A DNA stretch of 64,000 bases from an uncultured delta proteobacterium (GTDB taxonomy: Bacteria; Myxococcota_A; Polyangia; Polyangiales; Polyangiaceae). The translations under genes were made by a program, and so were the position numbers. The notes under the pieces are model-generated. The model did not search any database, was not told where the DNA came from, and saw only the letters and a list, made by a program, of their open reading frames with translations. The DNA lies in contig CAWAIF010000003.1 of the NCBI GenBank assembly GCA_963782055.1, forward strand, positions 5,888,001 through 5,952,000, written 5' to 3'. The stretch's first letter is position 1. Each line of letters starts with the position of its first letter. Shown here piece by piece: positions 59,082 through 64,000 of this stretch.

Positions 59082-59443
59082 CAGTCGGTTCCGGCGTCGG
59101 TGGGCGGGCCCCCGTACGCCGCGATCGGTCCCTCGTCGGCCGCGTCCTGCGGCGGCGCGGCGTCGAGGGGCGGGCCGCCGTAAAAGACGAGCGGCCCGTC
59201 GATCGACGAGTCCTTGGCGGCGTCCAGGCCGGCGGCGTCGGCGCCGCCGTCGGTGGGCTCGGTCGTGCTGCCGCCACACGCCACCGCCACCGCCGCCACG
59301 CCGATGAGCGCCGCCGCACGGCTCTTGCGCCAGGGCGAGCCCGGCGATCGCCCGGCGCCGACGATGGTGGCGCCGCAGAAGGGACACGCGGCGTCCTCCT
59401 GCTTCACGTGACGCGCGCACCCGGAGCAAATGCAGAGCGGCAT
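59081..59443 (-). CDS. Zn-ribbon/lipobox/YG-P precursor lipoprotein 3
   Basis: CSGC-x10-CPFC; AVAC lipobox; FYGGP and AYGGP; GGGAGG RBS; TGATG overlap with next gene. Confidence 0.85.
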   Translation of the reverse strand: MPLCICSGCARHVKQEDAACPFCGATIVGAGRSPGSPWRKSRAAALIGVAAVAVACGGSTTEPTDGGADAAGLDAAKDSSIDGPLVFYGGPPLDAAPPQDAADEGPIAAYGGPPTDAGTD

Positions 59444-59562
59444 GGGCGAGACCTCCCGAGACGTCGAGGATACCGCACCGCGCCACCGCAGGGGCACGAA
59501 ACCACGGCGGGGCCGGTATCCATCCCCCTCGATGGGGTTTGGCGGGTGCTAGCGTGCAGTCC

Positions 59563-59628
59563 ATGGCGCTGGTCCCCTGTCCATCGTGCCGACGCCACGT
59601 GCGCGAGGAGGAGTCGTGCCCCTCGTGA
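59563..59628 (+). pseudogene. Truncated divergent fourth precursor paralog
   Basis: MALVPCPSCRRHVREEESCPS*. Confidence 0.6.
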
Positions 59629-59632
59629 CTGA

Positions 59633-60028
59633 CTACACCATCAGTCCCGGCAGCGGCCCCTGACCGGCCTGCCCGAAGGTGGGCGTCGGGTCCCCCATCG
59701 CCCGGGCGATGCTCACCAGCAGATCGGCGTGCCGGTGGTAGCCCACGTCGTGGAGCTGGCCGGTGTGGACCGCGCCGCCCCCGCCGCCCCCCAGGATGAA
59801 CGCCCTGACCATGTGCTTCGACACCGCCGACGCGCAGTCGCCGGTGCACTTCTTCGGGTCGTCGAAGGGCATCTTGGCGTCGACGAAGCTGGTGAGCGAG
59901 GCGAGGTCATAGCGCGGCCCGCGATCGCGCAGGGAGGGGCCGCTGCCGCCCTCGCCCTGCGCGCCGTGGCAGCTCGCGCATTGCGACGCGTAGATCGGCT
60001 TGCCGTCCTGCGCAAAATTCCGCCACAT
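59633..60028 (-). pseudogene. Cytochrome c fragment fused to a DUF1552-like C-terminal fragment
   Basis: YASQCASCHG..GPSL..MP, then GGGGGAVHTG..HADLLVSIARAMG..FG..GPLPGL; no signal peptide or clear start. Confidence 0.5.
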
Positions 60029-60172
60029 TCAGCGCGGGCGCCCGACCTCTGGTCCCGGCGGCAAGGCCGACCCAGCCAGGCGTTGCAGGCGTTCCACGCC
60101 GACGACGCGCTCCTTGCACCGCACCGCAGCCGGTGCACGCCGGACAGGCCGAAAACCTGCGCGAGGCCGCGT

Positions 60173-60188
60173 TGGCATCCCCGATGCT
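60173..60188 (+). promoter_or_regulatory. Sigma-54 promoter TGGCATCCCCGATGCT
   Basis: GG-N10-GC spacing, 15 nt before the ATG at 60204. Confidence 0.55.
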
Positions 60189-60203
60189 CTGTAACGGGTC
60201 GTC

Positions 60204-60974
60204 ATGAAGTTCCGCAAGCTCACCGGCCTCGCGCTCGCGGTCATCGTCGCGGCGATGCCCATCGCAGCATGCGAGAACACCTACACCTACGTCCCGACCA
60301 CCAGCGCCACGGTGGCCACCGGCGGCGACCTCGCAGCCGAGTATCCCATCCCGGCCGACGCGCCGCGAGGCACGTTGCAGGTGGAGTCCTTCGGCTTCGC
60401 CGACGTGAGCTCGCCCTCGGCGCCCGATCAGCAGCTCTCCGCGCTGCACCTGCGGCTGACACTCGTGAACCACGGCACCAAGGCCTGGACGCTCGACACG
60501 CGGGCGCAGCGGCTGGACCTCGACCACCGCGGCGCGGGCGCGCCGGCGTTCGCGTCGGCGGACAAGGGGACGCCGCCGGTCGTGATCGTCCCCCCGTCGG
60601 GCAAGCGCGTCGTGGACCTCTTCTTCATGCTCCCCGCCGACATGCAGAGCGCCGGGCGCCTCCCCGCGTTCGACGCGATGTGGCAGGTGAACGACGGCGA
60701 TCAGCTCGTCCAGGGGCGCACGCCCTTCGAGCGGCTCGTCGTCGAGCCCACGCCGGCGTACACGTACGACTACGGGTCGTACGACTACTGGGGACCGCCA
60801 TACTGGTACAACCCGCACTACGCGTCGTACGGCTTCCGGGGCGAGCTCGTCGTCCCGCGCGCGTACCACCGCCACCCGGTCATCATCCACCGCGGCATCC
60901 ACAACGGTGAGCACCGCGGTGCCTTCCACGATCCGCTGCGCGCGACGCCGCACGGCGGCGGCCACCACCGCTAG
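60204..60974 (+). CDS. Hypothetical lipoprotein with Tyr/Trp/His-rich tail
   Basis: Lipobox IAAC; GC3 bias. Confidence 0.75.
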   Translation: MKFRKLTGLALAVIVAAMPIAACENTYTYVPTTSATVATGGDLAAEYPIPADAPRGTLQVESFGFADVSSPSAPDQQLSALHLRLTLVNHGTKAWTLDTRAQRLDLDHRGAGAPAFASADKGTPPVVIVPPSGKRVVDLFFMLPADMQSAGRLPAFDAMWQVNDGDQLVQGRTPFERLVVEPTPAYTYDYGSYDYWGPPYWYNPHYASYGFRGELVVPRAYHRHPVIIHRGIHNGEHRGAFHDPLRATPHGGGHHR

Positions 60975-61064
60975 GTGGCACCGGCCGAGGCCCGAAAAAG
61001 AACCCTGCCCGACCCAACTATTTCCCCCGACCGGTTCCTTCCATCATGAAAGGCAGGGACTACG

Positions 61065-61427
61065 ATGTCGGACTACTTCGTCGCGGGCGGTTGGGGAATG
61101 TATCCGGTGACGCTCTTCGGGTTCTTACTGGTGGCGGTGACGGCGCTGCACGCGCTGCGGCCCCGGCCCGTCTACGCGCGGCTGGCGCTCGTCCTGGGGA
61201 TCGCCACCTTCATGGCCGGGCTGCTCGGCACCGCGACGGGCATCAGCGCGACGGCACACTACATCCAGCACGTCGCGCAGCCGAAGCAGGTGGAGATCTT
61301 CGCCCTCGGCCTGGACGAGTCGCTGCACGACCTGGTGCTCTCGATGATCCTCGTGGTCGTCGCGTGCCTCATCGCCACCGTCGGCGTCCTCCGCAACGGG
61401 AGGACCTCGGCCCCGGCCGCGGCGTGA
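61065..61427 (+). CDS. Small three-TM membrane protein (MotA/TolQ-like segments)
   Basis: F..GGWGMYP, GLLGT..G, GLDES. Confidence 0.7.
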   Translation: MSDYFVAGGWGMYPVTLFGFLLVAVTALHALRPRPVYARLALVLGIATFMAGLLGTATGISATAHYIQHVAQPKQVEIFALGLDESLHDLVLSMILVVVACLIATVGVLRNGRTSAPAAA

Positions 61428-61431
61428 GGGG

Positions 61432-61953
61432 ATGGACTCCGACGAGGCCCTCTTCCGGCGGTGGGTCGGAGGCGACATGCGCGCCTTCGACCTCCTCCAT
61501 GACCGCTTCGAGCGCCCGCTCTTCGGCTTCATACGCGCGCAGGTGGGCGACGCCGGCGAGGCGGAGGACGTGCTGCACGAGACCTTCATGGCGCTGCTGC
61601 GCGAGCGCCCGGACGAGCTGCGGAGCTTCCGCGCGTGGGTCTACACCGTCGCGCGTCACCTCTGCCAGAACCGCGTGCGGTCGCGCAAGCGCGCCGGCCG
61701 CGCGCACGAGGCGGCGGCGGTGACGGCCACCGTCCCCGCGGGAGCGCACGAGCAGCTGGAGGCGCACGAGCGCGGCGTGCTGCTGGAGCGCGCGGTCGCC
61801 CGCCTCCCCTCCTCCCTCGCGGAGGTCTACCGGCTGCGGGGCGCCGGGATGTCCTACGACGAGGTCGCCGAGATCCTCGAGGTCCCGGTGACGACGGTGA
61901 GGTCGCGCGTGCACGAGATGGTCAAGCGGTTGCGAGAAGAGGTGGCGTCATGA
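61432..61953 (+). CDS. ECF sigma factor
   Basis: AEDVLHETF, FRAWVYTVAR..C.N, MSYDEVA..L..PV.TVRSR. Confidence 0.9.
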   Translation: MDSDEALFRRWVGGDMRAFDLLHDRFERPLFGFIRAQVGDAGEAEDVLHETFMALLRERPDELRSFRAWVYTVARHLCQNRVRSRKRAGRAHEAAAVTATVPAGAHEQLEAHERGVLLERAVARLPSSLAEVYRLRGAGMSYDEVAEILEVPVTTVRSRVHEMVKRLREEVAS

Positions 61954-62309
61954 GCTGCGCGGAGATCGAGCAGGAGCTCGTCGGGTATCACTTCAACACC
62001 CTGCCCCAGGACGTACGGCGGCGGGTGGAGGCGCACCTGCCGGAGTGCGACGCGTGCGTCCGCGCCTTCGTCGAGCTCAAGCGCGACATCGAGACGGGCG
62101 AGGAGGCCCCGCGGCCCTCGGAGGCGGCGCGCCTCCGACTGCGCCGCGCGGTGGCCCGGGAGCTGGGCGTGGAGGCGCCGCGGTGGCGCTGGTGGGAGCG
62201 GCCGGCGGCGATCGCCTTCGCCGCCTCGGTGGTGCTCGCCGCCGGGATGACGACGCGCCTGCTCACCTCGCGGCCGGGCGCGCCGCCGCACGCCATCACC
62301 GATCGCTGA
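61950..62309 (+). CDS. Zinc-binding anti-sigma factor (zf-HC2/ZAS)
   Basis: HLPECDAC (HxxxCxxC), TM helix; ATGA overlap with the sigma gene. Confidence 0.85.
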   Translation: MSCAEIEQELVGYHFNTLPQDVRRRVEAHLPECDACVRAFVELKRDIETGEEAPRPSEAARLRLRRAVARELGVEAPRWRWWERPAAIAFAASVVLAAGMTTRLLTSRPGAPPHAITDR

Positions 62310-62353
62310 GGGACGACGCGCGCCGCCCCTCACGGTCCGTCACCGACCGGGGT

Positions 62354-62959
62354 TCAGCCGCCGAGGAGCCTGCGCACGCGCGAGAGCACGCCGGCGAGGG
62401 CCCCTCGCGCGGCCTCGGAGGCCGGCGCCTCGTCCGGCGAGGGGGCGGCCAGCCCCGCGGCGTCGCGCACCGCGTCGGCGAGCTCGGCCGCGTCGAACCA
62501 GATCCCGTGCACTCTACACACATCGACGGGCAGCCCCCGGTGGCCGTCGAAGGGAACGCGCTCCATCGCCGCGCGACAGACCGGGCAGGTGGCCAGCTCC
62601 CCGAGCGCGTCGCGCTGCGGGCCCTGCTCCGCCGGCAGCGGCGCGAGGTCCTCGCCCGGCACCGGGCCGAGGCTGCTGGTGTGCTCCAGCATGAGCGCCC
62701 AGTCCACCGGAGGCACGAAGCAGCCGTGACAGCCGATGCAGTAGAGCAGCGCGGCAGGCTCATCAGGCGTTTCCTGCAGCTCCAGACCGATGAAGCACCG
62801 CGGGCAGACGACCTGGAGCTCGCGGGCGCGCGGTGCCCCGGCCGGCGGCGCGGGGGCGTTGCACGCGGCGCAGCGGCCCTCGGTGAAGAAGCCGCCGCAC
62901 GAGAGGCACCGCGACGCCAGGTCCGGGGCCGACCCCGTGTCGCGGTATGGTGAGCTCAC
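62354..62959 (-). CDS. Multi Zn-ribbon (zf-TFIIB-like) protein
   Basis: CLSC, CAAC, CPRC, CIGC, CPVC, VDVCRVHGIWFD..EL. Confidence 0.78.
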   Translation of the reverse strand: MSSPYRDTGSAPDLASRCLSCGGFFTEGRCAACNAPAPPAGAPRARELQVVCPRCFIGLELQETPDEPAALLYCIGCHGCFVPPVDWALMLEHTSSLGPVPGEDLAPLPAEQGPQRDALGELATCPVCRAAMERVPFDGHRGLPVDVCRVHGIWFDAAELADAVRDAAGLAAPSPDEAPASEAARGALAGVLSRVRRLLGG

Positions 62960-62963
62960 GACG

Positions 62964-64000
62964 TCAGTCCCCCCGGACGCGCAGGCCGGAGAGCTCCATC
63001 CACGAGCCCTTCCTGGCGACCAGCGCCACGTCGCCGTGGGCGAGGGGCGACGGCGCGACCGCCTCCAGCCGCAGGGGCGTGCCCTTCTGCCCCTTGCGGG
63101 TGAGCGTCGCCTGCAGCTTGCGGTCCTTGATGGAGAGGCGCACGTGGTCGACGCGCGGGATGGTGGAGGAGCCGGCGAGCTCGCGCTCCACGTGGCGTGC
63201 GTCGATCCACACCAGCGACACGCGCCAGGGCGTGCCGGGCACGATGCGCAGGCCGGTGCCGACGCCGTCGCGCGAGGCGCCGGCCCGCAGCAGGATGGCC
63301 ACCGGGCCCTGCGCGCGAATGTCGGCGTCGACCACGACGTCGTCACCGGGGGCGGAGAGGGCGGCGGCGTCCAGCGTGCTGGTGCCGACGACCCGCACGC
63401 GGGGGCCCGCCACCGCCCCGACCATGACGTTGCCCAGCAGGTGCGAGAGCGTCAGGCCGCCGCCGCTCCACGAGGCGCCGCCGGAGACAGGAATGCGTGC
63501 ATCATGCAACATCCCGAAGGTGAGGGGCTGCCCGTTGCGGCGCACGCCGGTGACCGTGCCGCCGGCCCCCCGCGCGACCTCCCACCGGTCGTGGCCGATG
63601 GTGAAGCCGACCGCCGCGCCGTTCGGCGCGAGGCGGATGCCGGTGACCCCCAGCCACTCGCTCGAGCCATCCGTCGCCGGCTTCCCGAGCGTCGCCGAGG
63701 CGCCCGCCGCGGAGCCTGGCGGGCCCGCCGCGACGAGCACGCCCAGCGCGTCGCACACGAGGGCGAGCGACTGCGGGCGGCCGCCGAGGAAGCGGGCCAG
63801 CGCGAGATCCAGCGTGCGCGGCGCGTCCGCGAGCAGCAGGCCGAGGGCGCCGGCGACGGCGGACTCCGGGGTACCGTCCCCCGCCGGGCCGAGCAGCTTG
63901 CGCGGATCGCGCGCGGCGGACTGCGCGTCGTGCTGCGCGGCCAGCCGCAGCTCCCCGCGGTTCTGGAGGACGCGCGGCGCGACGTGCGCGGCGAGCGCGG
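62964..64000 (-). CDS. Hypothetical protein, 5' end outside window
   Basis: Frame appears open to the window edge; beta-rich C-terminal part. Confidence 0.55.
   Translation of the reverse strand, partial: ALAAHVAPRVLQNRGELRLAAQHDAQSAARDPRKLLGPAGDGTPESAVAGALGLLLADAPRTLDLALARFLGGRPQSLALVCDALGVLVAAGPPGSAAGASATLGKPATDGSSEWLGVTGIRLAPNGAAVGFTIGHDRWEVARGAGGTVTGVRRNGQPLTFGMLHDARIPVSGGASWSGGGLTLSHLLGNVMVGAVAGPRVRVVGTSTLDAAALSAPGDDVVVDADIRAQGPVAILLRAGASRDGVGTGLRIVPGTPWRVSLVWIDARHVERELAGSSTIPRVDHVRLSIKDRKLQATLTRKGQKGTPLRLEAVAPSPLAHGDVALVARKGSWMELSGLRVRGD

Noticed and set aside
60770..60840. DYG/SYG motifs in the 60204 lipoprotein tail as further rSAM substrates
   Set aside because: They lack the YG[AG]P context and the Zn-ribbon leader, and lie in a generically Tyr/Gly-rich tail on a separate transcript.

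Overview
Very GC-rich chromosomal window, most likely from a myxobacterium (Myxococcota, Polyangiales-like). This is inferred from the Ser/Thr kinase-PEGA modules, DAG-rich lipoproteins, sigma-54 promoters and gene order. The core is a minus-strand dcw cluster: mraZ-rsmH-ftsL-ftsI-murE-murF-mraY-murD-ftsW-murG-murC-ftsQ-ftsA-ftsZ. It is flanked by housekeeping genes (xseB, ribH, slyD-like, an aconitase-family fusion, acyl-CoA dehydrogenase), two ECF sigma/anti-sigma modules, kinases and many lipoproteins. The top candidate system, at about 56.9-59.6 kb, is a radical SAM/SPASM enzyme resembling the PlpX-type 'splicease' group. It lies directly downstream of three tandem paralogous small lipoproteins, each with an N-terminal CxxC-x10-CPFC zinc ribbon, a lipobox and two X-Y-G-[AG]-P motifs. 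Two decayed paralog remnants lie in and next to the array. Other points of note: a TGTCC-N2-GGACA palindrome upstream of three sigma-54 promoters; a DUF4266/DUF3570 operon coupled to c-type heme lipoproteins; a kinase fused to a degenerate cyclase; REP-like hairpins; and two frameshifts that both convert GATC to GATTC, probably sequencing artefacts. All family assignments come from motif recognition by eye; no database search was run.
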